Shown here: positions 11,896 through 22,161 of the stretch, piece by piece
How the letters are laid out: every line of letters begins with the position of its first letter
Numbering within the stretch: position 1 is the stretch's first letter
Assembly (NCBI GenBank): GCA_044222475.1
Contig: JBGANF010000057.1
Coordinates: 1 to 45,165 of the forward strand
Source: Polyangiaceae bacterium
GTDB lineage: Bacteria > Myxococcota_A > Polyangia > Polyangiales > Polyangiaceae
Length of the DNA: 45,165 nt
Direction: 5' to 3'
Position numbers and translations under genes: made by a program
Notes under the pieces: model-generated
The model's input: the letters and a program-made list of their open reading frames with translations, nothing else
Told to the model about the DNA's origin: nothing
Database searches by the model: none

Positions 11896-12723
11896 ATGCA
11901 TGGCGCTCGATGGGCGTGCGTGGGGATACTGTTCGGTCTGGCGGGCCTTGGAGTGATCTGGTCCTGCGTGGGAGATTCTCCAACGGCGGGCCCGCCCGAC
12001 GCCGCGGGTTCGGACGGGGCTGCAACGGATGGGACTGCGAGTGACGCATTGTCCGATGGAATCGCATCGGACGTTGCCCCCAAACCGGACGCGCAACGCT
12101 TCTGCGCGAGCATCGACGGTGCGGCGTTGTGCGAGGATTTCGATGAGAGCGACGCTTTGCCACCCTCTCTAACGGCTTTCGCGAGCCCGACGGATGCCGC
12201 GAAGCCTTACGTCAGCGGGGCCGAAGCGGTCTCGGCACCAAACGTTCTCGTCACAAATTCTCCGGGGAACAACACTCTCTCTTATGCGCTCTCGTCGGTC
12301 GGGGTCGCAACGCCGACTCAGAGCTTCGCGCTCGATTTCGACATGAAGTGCACGCACTCGGGAGCATCCGCGTATGCGGGTGCCAACGTGTTTCTGAACG
12401 CGAAGCAGAACATGAGCCTCTCCATCTTTGTCGAAAATGGAACCATCCTTGTTGTCTTCACCGACACAACATCAGACTCGGGCACCGTGCAGGTGGCCGG
12501 TACGAAGGGAGCCTTCGCGTGCGACGCGGCGTTCCACCACCTCACGCTTCAAGCCGTGAAGGGCAACCCCTCGACGGTGTCGCTGCTCGTGGACTCGCTC
12601 GTGGCGTCTCAGCTCACCGCGACGACCCTGTCGTTCGGTCCCCTCTCGGTCCACCTGGGCGTCGGAGGCTTGACGACGCCGATCTCGGCGCGCCTAGACA
12701 ACGTGGTGTTGCGGGCGAAGTGA
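11896..12723 (+). CDS. island cargo lipoprotein, probable beta-sandwich (ConA/LamG-like)
   Basis: Signal peptide with IWSC lipobox-like site, D/A/G linker, FC...LCEDFDE motif, beta-rich domain ending ARLDNVVLR. Confidence 0.7.
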   Translation: MHGARWACVGILFGLAGLGVIWSCVGDSPTAGPPDAAGSDGAATDGTASDALSDGIASDVAPKPDAQRFCASIDGAALCEDFDESDALPPSLTAFASPTDAAKPYVSGAEAVSAPNVLVTNSPGNNTLSYALSSVGVATPTQSFALDFDMKCTHSGASAYAGANVFLNAKQNMSLSIFVENGTILVVFTDTTSDSGTVQVAGTKGAFACDAAFHHLTLQAVKGNPSTVSLLVDSLVASQLTATTLSFGPLSVHLGVGGLTTPISARLDNVVLRAK

Positions 12724-12909
12724 CTGGGGTCGGGAGGAACTCCGCGCCGAACTGCGGTAGAGTTCGCGCACACGGGACGCTGCGCGCAGCCGCGAGCGCG
12801 GTCGCCGCGACGAGGTAGAATCTCCCTCTCTAGAAAAGGAGACGTCCACGGTTGGCTGCCGTAGGCGTCCGGGTGGTTTCATGAGTGAGACGAAGACCGA
12901 AGACGAGGA

Positions 12910-13224
12910 TACCCGAACGAAATCTTGCAGCTCATGGCGTGCGACGAGATCCCGCTTCGATGGCGCCGCGCGGTCGCGCTCGCGATCTACATGTTCCCCC
13001 GCGCTGGGCGAGCTGACTTCGCGACCACGCAGATCTACATCCGCACCGCGGAAGCCGTCCGCGTCGGTTTCGGCGAGCCGTTCCCGCCCCTCCCCTCGTC
13101 GCTCTTTCCGCCGTTTGGTCCAGCGTTTGGCCCAACGATGGCGCAACCTCTCGGAATCGCGGAGCGGGACACGGGATTCGAACCCGCGACATCCAGCTTG
13201 GGAAGCTGGCACTCTACCAACTGA
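12910..13224 (+). pseudogene. tyrosine integrase remnant (internal deletion), frame running into the tRNA att site
   Basis: YPNEILQLMAC...ALAIYMFPRAG (box I Arg region) is joined directly to DFATTQIYIR (box II catalytic Tyr region), then FGEPFPPLP and AERDTGFEP, the antisense tRNA reading. Confidence 0.72.
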
Positions 13225-13235
13225 GTTAGTCCCGC
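13161..13235 (-). tRNA. tRNA-Gly (anticodon CCC); CCA not fully encoded
   Basis: Reverse complement GCGGGACTAACTCAGTTGGTAGAGTGCCAGCTTCCCAAGCTGGATGTCGCGGGTTCGAATCCCGTGTCCCGCTCC(G): canonical cloverleaf, CCAGC/GCTGG anticodon stem, TTCGAAT T-loop. Confidence 0.97.
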
Positions 13236-13794
13236 GTGCTGCGGACGAAAGTCCTACCAAAAAAAGACGGCCCGGCGAGCGATTTCTGCCCGCCGGGCCA
13301 GTCTACGTGGGTTTTGGGCTCCGGAACGGTGCAGACGCACCGCTACCGGTCCTACCGACGTTCCATTCGTTGCATGGCCCGGATGCATGCGGCGTCTTGG
13401 CTACGTGCTACTGCGCGCGCATGGACCGCCGTGCGAGGCAACGGATCTCTGCCTAGGACGTCAGCTCCCGGTTGGAGCCACTGGTACTATGCATGATCAT
13501 CGACCTCCTCCGGACGTGCCGGCACCCGCGCACGACGACGGTACGAGACCCTCGCTGATTGGAGCGGGTGTTTCCTGTTGTGGGATCCGGCGCCACACCG
13601 CACCGGGTCGCGCTCGTTGCCGTGCTCGCGAGGGTTCTCCCTCACCGGACCATCCCGGGTGACCCGAACACGGCGTCATGCAGACGAGAGTAACACCGGG
13701 TTTCGGACCGCGCCACATCACGCCCGAACGATCCATGGAACCGCGTACTGGCAAAGTGCGATACTCCGAGCAGGGAATGGAACGGAGCGGACGA

Positions 13795-15221
<1,427 letters not shown>

Positions 15222-15225
<4 letters not shown>

Positions 15226-17096
15226 CCGAGCGCACGCCCGACGACGTCGCGTACCTCGAGGCGCTCGTCCGGGCGAGCGGCGCCATCCTCTCCGTCGACG
15301 CGAGCGGCGCCGTGCGGATCGCCAGCGAAGGCCTGGCGAACGTCCTCGGCGTCGCCGAGCCCTCGACGTGGGTGGGGCGCCCGATCGACGCGATCGCCGG
15401 CGCCTTCGCGGAGCGCGCTCGCGCGATGATGGCGGCCGCCGCGCCCGTCACCGGCGACCTCGTTCTCCCCGGCGGGAAGATCGTCGCCTACGAGTACGCA
15501 CCGGTTCGCGCGGCCGATGGTACCATTTTGGGACATCGCTGGAGCTTTCGCGCACCGGCCGACTCCCCGAAGGCCGCCGACTCCGAGCGCGCGGCTGACG
15601 GGTTCGTGGCCGCCGTCAGCCACGAGCTCCGTTCGCCGCTCCACGTCATGCTCGGCGTGACCGAGATGCTCCTCGAACGCACCGAGGACCCCGCCGACCG
15701 CGAGCTCATCGAGACGTTGCTCCGCTCCGGGAGGAGCCAGCTCAACATCTTGAACGATCTGCTCGATTTCTCGAAGTTCGGCTCCGGAAACTTCGAGCTC
15801 GCACCTCGCGTCTTCTGCCCGGGAGACGTGATCCGCGAGTGCGTCCAAGGGGTCGGCAGCGTCGCCGAGCGGAAAGGCCTCAGCGCCCAGGCCGAGATGC
15901 GCGCCGACCTCGAGACGCTCGCCTACGGCGACCCGGATCGCATTCGACAGATCCTCACGAACCTCCTCACGAACGCGGTGAAGTTCACCGAGCAGGGCGG
16001 CGTCATCGTCCGCGCCAAGCGCGACCCACGCCCGGACGGCGGGAGCATGCTCCGCGTCGACGTGTTCGACTCCGGCGTCGGCGTCCCGCCGGAGGAGGCC
16101 GTGAACCTCTTCCAGTCGTTCCGCCAAGGGACGTCGGGCAAGCGCAAGCGCGGCGGGACCGGGCTCGGCCTCTACCTCTCGCGCCAGCTCGCGGTCACGA
16201 TGGGCGGCGACGCGGGGTACACGCCGAACCCGCGCGGCGGATCCGTCTTCTGGTTCACCGTCCGCCTCGATCCGGTGCGCTCCAGCTACGTGCCCACCGC
16301 GCCTCCGCGGCCGAGCCTGTTCGTGCCCGCGCGCCGCAACGCCACCGTGCTGCTCGTCGAGGACACCGACGCCAGCCGGCTCTGGGCGCGACGGGTCTTC
16401 GAGTCCGCCGGCTACGTCGTCCTCGAGGCGCGCGACGGGCTCGAAGCGATCGACGTGCTCGGGCATACGATCCCCGACGTCATCATCATGGACTGGAACA
16501 TGCCGCTCCTCGACGGACGCGAGGCGACGCGCCGGATCCGCAAGATGACCGGGCCCGCGTCCAAGGTGCCGATCCTCGGGCTCACCGCGAGCGCGATCGC
16601 ATCCGATCGCGACGAGTGCCTCGACGCCGGCATGGACGGGTGCATCTTCAAGCCGATCACCGCCAAGGCGCTTCTTCGCCAGGTGGATCAGCTCCTCGCG
16701 CGCGAGACGGCGCCATCCGCCGCCCTGGAAGAGACGCCCGCGCCCGAGATCAAGACGGGAGAGCCGCTCCTCGGCTTGCAGCCGAGCGTCTTCGCCGAGC
16801 TCGTCGAGCTCTTCGTCACCGACTCTTCTCGCTGCGTGGAGCAGACCACGGCCGCGCTCAGCCGCGGCGATCGACCCGCGCTCGCGCGTGCGCTCCACGC
16901 GCTCGCCGGCCTCTCCGGGAACCTCCGCCAGGCCAAGCTCTACGCGTTGACGCGCTCGCTCGAGCAGACCCTGCGCGTCGGCGGCGATCTCAAGGAGATC
17001 TCCGAGCGAATCCCCGAGCTCGCGCGCGCCAGAGACGACGCCGAGCGCGCGCTGCGCGCGGCGGCGTTGACCTCGGCGACCAGCGTGCCACATTGA
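15222..17096 (+). CDS. soluble hybrid histidine kinase (PAS-like, HisKA, HATPase, REC, Hpt)
   Basis: GTGA overlap; SHELRSPL H-box, QILTNLLTNAVKFT N-box, DSGVG, GGTGLGL, receiver MDWNMP, Hpt-like LHALAGLSGNL; no TM segment. Confidence 0.92.
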
Positions 17097-17100
17097 TCGC

Positions 17101-17553
17101 GTGCGATTTCGCTCCGCCGCCGTCGGGCTGCTCCTCGTCGCCTGCTCGGCGAGCGATCCGGCCACGCCTCCGGCCGCGCAGGTCTGCGCCGCCGATCCCC
17201 GCGTGAGCGCGTTCAAGGTCGGCATCGAGTCGGTGTCGTCGGCCAAGACGATGGGCGTGCGCATCGCATCGGCGACGCCTGCTTGGGTCGTTCAGGGCGT
17301 CAACGACTGGACGCTCGCCATCACGGACGGCTCGGGCGCCCCGCTCGACGGTCTCACGATCTCGATCAAGCCGGTCATGCCGGACCACGGGCACGGGAGC
17401 TCCACCGTGCCCGTCGTCACGCCGCTCGGCGCGGGGCAGTACCGCGCGACGGGCATCAGTCTGCCGATGCGCGGAGTGTGGAACGTCACGATCAACGCGA
17501 CCGGCGCCGTGAACGACTCGGTGACGTTCACGTTCTGCGTGGACGGCCAATAG
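17101..17553 (+). CDS. YtkA/FixH-like Ig-fold lipoprotein
   Basis: LVAC lipobox; MPDHGHG motif followed by GQY...MRGVWNVTI, typical of YtkA-like domains. Confidence 0.78.
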   Translation: MRFRSAAVGLLLVACSASDPATPPAAQVCAADPRVSAFKVGIESVSSAKTMGVRIASATPAWVVQGVNDWTLAITDGSGAPLDGLTISIKPVMPDHGHGSSTVPVVTPLGAGQYRATGISLPMRGVWNVTINATGAVNDSVTFTFCVDGQ

Positions 17554-17565
17554 CCTCTCTGGCGT

Positions 17566-18921
17566 TCACGGGACGCAGCGGTAGCCGCCGTCGCTCTTCT
17601 TCCAGCGCAGGTTCGTGCTCGCCAGCGTGAACGTCGGCATCGCGGCGCGCACGCTCGGGGCGAGATCGCCGGAGGAGACCAGCTCGTCGAGGACGTCGAG
17701 CCCGATCGCGATGATGTGCACGCGCATGGCGACCTCGTCGGTCTCCGGCGGCACGTCGTACGTTCGCGTGACGGAGTGTACGAACCTCGGATCGACCGGA
17801 TCGTTCGTGACCGCCGGCGGAAGCTGCTCCGACGTGGACGTCCGCCCGTCCCACAGGAAGGGCACCGGCTTCGCCTTGTCGTCGTAGAGGATCTCGCGCA
17901 GCACCCACGTACCGGCGACGTCGGTCACCGACGTGCCGTCGGGCACGACACCGGACGAAAACACCGGCACGCCGGCGGCCGACGCCACGAGCTCGACCCA
18001 TGCGCGGCGATCGTGGAGGGCTCCGCTCGGGAATCCGTGGCCGGCGAACGCGTCGTCGAGGATGACGGAGACTTGGGGCTTCCCTTGCGGTGGATCGACG
18101 CACAGCTTGGCGACCAGCGTTCCATCGAGCGCGCGCTGCACCGCCTCGCGTTGCGCAGCGGACTCCGCGAACGGAACGAGCGCGACGTCGACGCCCGGCA
18201 TCGAGTGGTCGTGCACGCGCCGCGACGGAGCTCCGCTCACGTCGGCCGCCAGCCCGACGCGCCCCGGCATGTGACACGCGACGCACGTGAGGCGAACCTT
18301 GGGATCGTCCTTCGCGTAGACGCTCTCGCGCCACTCCGCGAACGTGCGCTCCACGTCGAGGCCGTGCGCGTTGCGCACGTCGTGGCACGTACCGCAGGGC
18401 CGCGACGACTCGGCGCTCTCTCCGTCGAACGTCGCTGCGCGCGCGGCACCGTGTGGAACGCCGGCGAACGGATCGGCGATGGGACCGCGGAGCACGAGGT
18501 CCTTGCCGAACGTCAGGAGCGCGTTGTGATCACCCTCGATCGACGAGATGGTGTGGCACGCGAAGCACGTCACACCGCGAGCCCATTTTGGTACCGACGC
18601 GAGGTTGGTTCCGTCGGTCGTGAGGCCCTCGGCGCGAGCGACCGGCGCGTGACAGGTGACGCAAAGGCCAGGATTGCCCGGGTTTTCTCGCACGAAACGG
18701 GCGTTCATCGCGACGAACACCGGGTCGTCGCCGGCGTACGCGTGCATGCTGCCGGACCACTCGCGGAACGCGCTCGCGTGGCAACTCTTGCAGCGGTCCG
18801 GATCGAGCAGCTCGCTCCGTGTGAGCGTCGGCCCATCGCTCGATGAGCTGCAGCGCGCGTTGACGACGACGAGTCCGACCGCCAACGCGAGGCCCGCGAC
18901 GATTTTTTTTCCGACGCTCAT
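17566..18921 (-). CDS. exported pentaheme c-type cytochrome (c554/c552-like)
   Basis: Signal peptide; five CxxCH motifs (CKSCH, CVTCH, CFACH, CGTCH, CVACH); WSGSMHAYA and AGHGFPSG. Confidence 0.9.
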   Translation of the reverse strand: MSVGKKIVAGLALAVGLVVVNARCSSSSDGPTLTRSELLDPDRCKSCHASAFREWSGSMHAYAGDDPVFVAMNARFVRENPGNPGLCVTCHAPVARAEGLTTDGTNLASVPKWARGVTCFACHTISSIEGDHNALLTFGKDLVLRGPIADPFAGVPHGAARAATFDGESAESSRPCGTCHDVRNAHGLDVERTFAEWRESVYAKDDPKVRLTCVACHMPGRVGLAADVSGAPSRRVHDHSMPGVDVALVPFAESAAQREAVQRALDGTLVAKLCVDPPQGKPQVSVILDDAFAGHGFPSGALHDRRAWVELVASAAGVPVFSSGVVPDGTSVTDVAGTWVLREILYDDKAKPVPFLWDGRTSTSEQLPPAVTNDPVDPRFVHSVTRTYDVPPETDEVAMRVHIIAIGLDVLDELVSSGDLAPSVRAAMPTFTLASTNLRWKKSDGGYRCVP

Positions 18922-18930
18922 CGTTCGTCT

Positions 18931-18946
18931 TGCCAATCTCGTGCCT
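18931..18946 (-). promoter_or_regulatory. sigma54 -24/-12 promoter candidate for the multiheme cytochrome
   Basis: Minus strand AGGCACGAGATTGGCA (GG-N10-GC); predicted +1 lies within about 1 nt of the ATG at 18921. Confidence 0.5.
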
Positions 18947-19255
18947 AAGGTATCCGTCGTTCAGATCTGAAATGCAAATCGTGGACGCGCGTCCACACTC
19001 GCAACGAGCTCGTCGCAGCGCATGATGACGAGCGGTACGCTTAAGGTACGAAGATCGTGTGCGATTTTTTGGCGCGCCGCCCGCCGCACACTGTGAACGT
19101 TCATCAACGCATCTTCCATGCGCTCGCGTTCGCGAGCGCATGCGAGCGCACGTGACGATGTGCGCGCGTGTGAACGAAGCGCGTTCCTTTCGAACGTCGC
19201 GATGACGAAATCGGGTTGCACATTTCACCGTCATGGACTTTTGATGGTCGTCATC

Positions 19256-19798
19256 ATGCTCGAGCTCGTCGCAACTTGGCTCGTGTCGGCGATGGTCGCG
19301 TGGGTCCCCCTCCAGCGTGATGCAGACCGGGCGCGCTACGACAGCATGGCGAAGGACATCGTCGCGGTCGCCTTCGACGAGACGGAGGAGCCCGTGTTCG
19401 CCGGCGATCTCGGCCGCGCGAAGACCGCCCTTCTGATGGCCTCGATCGCCAGCTTCGAGAGCGGCTACCGCGCCGACGTCGACGACGGGCGCATCACGGG
19501 CGATCACGGATCGTCGTTCTGCATCATGCAAGTCCGCGTCGTCGGCGCCAGCAAGACCGGCGAAGGCTGGACCGGCGCCGATCTGATCAAGGACCGCCAG
19601 AAGTGCCTGCGCGCTGCGCTCCACCGCATTCGGATCAGCTTCAATTGGTGCAAGGATCACAGCGTCGACGATCGTCTCGCCGGCTACACCGTCGGCACGT
19701 GTCGCGACAACGAGCACCTCTCGCGTGACCGCGTCCAACGCGCGAAGGCCTTCTTTGGCCGCGCGCCGTTCACGCCGCCCGACGATTTGGTTCCTTGA
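19256..19798 (+). CDS. hypothetical exported protein, probable lysozyme-like/lytic transglycosylase fold
   Basis: Hydrophobic N-terminus; helix ending IASFESG followed by GDHGSSFCIMQV, analogous to the ES...GLMQ motifs; late LAGY. Start 19244 or 19256. Confidence 0.62.
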   Translation: MLELVATWLVSAMVAWVPLQRDADRARYDSMAKDIVAVAFDETEEPVFAGDLGRAKTALLMASIASFESGYRADVDDGRITGDHGSSFCIMQVRVVGASKTGEGWTGADLIKDRQKCLRAALHRIRISFNWCKDHSVDDRLAGYTVGTCRDNEHLSRDRVQRAKAFFGRAPFTPPDDLVP

Positions 19799-20871
19799 AG
19801 AAGACGGCCCTCGAGCTCGAGCGAGCGCTCCTCCGCGAGCTCGCGCTGGAGTGGCGGCGGGTCAACGCGAGCTACTTCAAGGACGCGATGCGGCCGCCGG
19901 CGATCGCGCTCGTCGACTCGACCGCGCTGCTCGGTCGCTGGCAGAGCCACGGCCGCACGCTCTCGATCTCGCGCCCGTTCGTGCTTCGGAGTGGGTGGGG
20001 CGCGGTCGTCGAGGTCATCAAGCACGAGATGGCGCACCAGTACGTGAGCGAAGTCCTCGAGCAGGACGACGAGACTCCGCACGGCCCCGCGTTTCGTGAC
20101 GTCTGCCGCCGCCTCGGCATCGACGGGGCGGCGCGCGGCGTCCCCGAGACCAGCGGTGAGTCGCAGAGCGCCGAGGCGCGCGCCGTCGAGCGCATCGCGA
20201 AGCTCCTCGCGCTCGCCGAGAGCCCGAACCAGCACGAGGCCGAGGCCGCGATGGCGGCGGCGCAGCGGCTCATGCTCAAGCACAACCTCGAGCGCCGGGG
20301 AACCGGAGCGGTACCTTTCGGGTACCGCCACGTCGGTCGCCCATCAGGCCGTGTCGGCGAGGCGGAGCGCCTGCTCGCCGCGCTCCTCGGCCGTCATTTC
20401 TTCGTGCAGGTGATCTGGGTTCCGGTCTACCGGCCGCTCGAAGCCAAACGCGGGAGCGTGCTCGAGATCTGCGGCACCGAGTCGAACCTCGCGATGGCGG
20501 AGTACGTGCACGCGTACCTCCTCCACGCTGCGGAGGAGCTGTGGAGCGCCCACAAGCGAGCCCACGGCGTCCGCGGCAACGCCGAGCGCCGGACGTTCCT
20601 CGCCGGCGTGATGGCGGGCTTCGCCGAGAAGCTCTCGAAGCAGGAGGCGGCTCACCGCGAAGAGGGGCTCGTCTGGATCAAGGATGCCGACCTCGAGGGC
20701 TACTACCGGCGGCGGCACCCCTACGTCCGCAACGTGCGCTACGGGGGACAGCGCCGCACGGAGACGTTCTCGCGAGGGCGCGAGGCGGGACGGAGCATCG
20801 TCCTGAGGAAGCCCGTCGGTGGCGCAGCAGCCTCCCGCGGGAACCTTCTCGGTCCTGGAGGCCGGCGATGA
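19795..20871 (+). CDS. SprT-like zinc metalloprotease fused to DUF2786
   Basis: HEMAH zincin motif plus downstream HGPAF; RIAKLLALAESPNQHEAEAAMAAAQRLMLKHN is the DUF2786 pattern. Confidence 0.85.
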   Translation: MKKTALELERALLRELALEWRRVNASYFKDAMRPPAIALVDSTALLGRWQSHGRTLSISRPFVLRSGWGAVVEVIKHEMAHQYVSEVLEQDDETPHGPAFRDVCRRLGIDGAARGVPETSGESQSAEARAVERIAKLLALAESPNQHEAEAAMAAAQRLMLKHNLERRGTGAVPFGYRHVGRPSGRVGEAERLLAALLGRHFFVQVIWVPVYRPLEAKRGSVLEICGTESNLAMAEYVHAYLLHAAEELWSAHKRAHGVRGNAERRTFLAGVMAGFAEKLSKQEAAHREEGLVWIKDADLEGYYRRRHPYVRNVRYGGQRRTETFSRGREAGRSIVLRKPVGGAAASRGNLLGPGGRR

Positions 20872-21500
20872 CCTCGCGGGGCGCGGACTGGGCGGGCGCC
20901 GGAACGCGCCACCTCGTCCGCGTCGAGCCGCGGTTCGGGCCGGTCGTCGAGGCCGCCGGCCCATACGCCCCCGAGCGGCGCCCGGCGAAGTCCCTCTTCG
21001 CGGTCCTCGGGCGCGCGATCGTTTACCAGCAACTCTCCGGTGCTGCCGCCGGGACGATCCATGCACGATACACAGATCTCTTCGACCGGCGCAGGCCGGA
21101 CGCGAAGCAGCTCCTCGCGCTGCCTCCGTCGAAGCTGCGTGCCGTCGGTCTATCGGCCGCGAAGGCAGCGGCGCTCCGAGACCTCGCGACGCGCACGGTG
21201 CAAAGCGAGCTCCCCTCGTTCCGAGAGCTCGACGCGCTGGACGACGACGCCATCGTCGATCGCCTGACCGTGGTGCGAGGCGTCGGCCCCTGGACGGTCC
21301 ACATGCTGCTCCTCTTCCACCTGCAGCGACCCGACGTCCTCCCGACCACGGACTACGGCGTCCGAAAGGGCTACGCGAAGCTCTTCGGCAAGCGAGCCCT
21401 CCCGAGCGAAGCGACCCTCACGAGAGCCGCGACCCCGTGGAAACCCTACCGCAGCATCGCAAGCTGGTACCTCTGGCGCACGCTCGACACAGAGACCTGA
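20868..21500 (+). CDS. alkA: DNA-3-methyladenine glycosylase II (HhH-GPD)
   Basis: AIVYQQLS, LRAVGLSAAK, VRGVGPWT HhH, RPDVLPTTDYGVR and WKPYRSIASWYLWR. Confidence 0.9.
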   Translation: MTSRGADWAGAGTRHLVRVEPRFGPVVEAAGPYAPERRPAKSLFAVLGRAIVYQQLSGAAAGTIHARYTDLFDRRRPDAKQLLALPPSKLRAVGLSAAKAAALRDLATRTVQSELPSFRELDALDDDAIVDRLTVVRGVGPWTVHMLLLFHLQRPDVLPTTDYGVRKGYAKLFGKRALPSEATLTRAATPWKPYRSIASWYLWRTLDTET

Positions 21501-21530
21501 CCCCCCCCTCACTGCGCGAGCGACACCCGC

Positions 21531-22128
21531 CACGAACACGAACACGAACACGAGCACGAGTACGTGTACGAGCACGTGGACGAGCACGTGCACGGAGAGC
21601 GTGGACGAGCACGAGTGCTCTACGAACACGACTAGGAGCAAGTGCAGGTGCAGGTGAACGAGTACGTGGACGTGGACGTGCACGTGGACGGGAACGAACA
21701 CGTGGACGTGAACGAGCACGTGGACGTGAACGAACACGTGGACGTGAACGAACACGTGGACGTGAACGAACACGTGGACGTGTACGAGCACGTGGACGTG
21801 AACGAACACGTGGACGTGAACGAACACGTGGACGCGAACGAACACGTACTCGTACGTTCACGTACCCGTTCACGTACCCGTTCACGTACCCGTTCACGTA
21901 CCCGTTCACGTACCCGTACCCGTTCACGTACCCGTTCACGTACCCGTTCACGTACCCGTTCACGTACCCGTACCCGTTCGCGTACCCGTTCACGTGCACC
22001 TGCACCTGCTCCTAGTCGTGTTCGTGGGGCGCTCGTCCACGCTCCCCGTGCACGTGCTCGTCCACGTACACGTACACGTACACGTACACGTACACGTGCT
22101 CGTTCACGTCCCCGTGCACGTACTCGTT
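21531..22128. repeat. quasi-palindromic hexamer-periodic repeat element
   Basis: Left half NNNACG units including ~8 x CACGTGGACGTGAACGAA; right half CGTNNN units including ~10 x CGTTCACGTACC; inverted cores 21622-21660/21987-22025 and 21575-21610/22031-22066. Confidence 0.92.
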
Positions 22129-22161
22129 CTCCGGAGGAACGAGGTTTGCTACGAACGAGCC

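Larger units (their letters stand above)
11384..13182. mobile_element. decayed integrative element (~1.8 kb) in tRNA-Gly(CCC)
   Basis: Bounded by the 26-bp direct repeat of the tRNA 3' end; integrase remnant next to the tRNA; transposase scar; cargo gene with visibly more A/T-ending codons. Confidence 0.82.

Noticed and set aside
12881..13456. 191-aa ORF spanning the tRNA
   Set aside because: Ser/Arg-rich off-frame reading across the integrase remnant and tRNA.
13236..13730. Short ORFs or an ncRNA between tRNA-Gly and the response regulator
   Set aside because: No convincing codon bias, motif or recognisable RNA family; treated as a divergent promoter region.
21531..22128. CRISPR array or VHVHV/RTRS/YPFT repeat proteins
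   Set aside because: Units are contiguous with no unique spacers and no cas genes are nearby; the ORFs in several frames are by-products of stop-free hexamer repeats.
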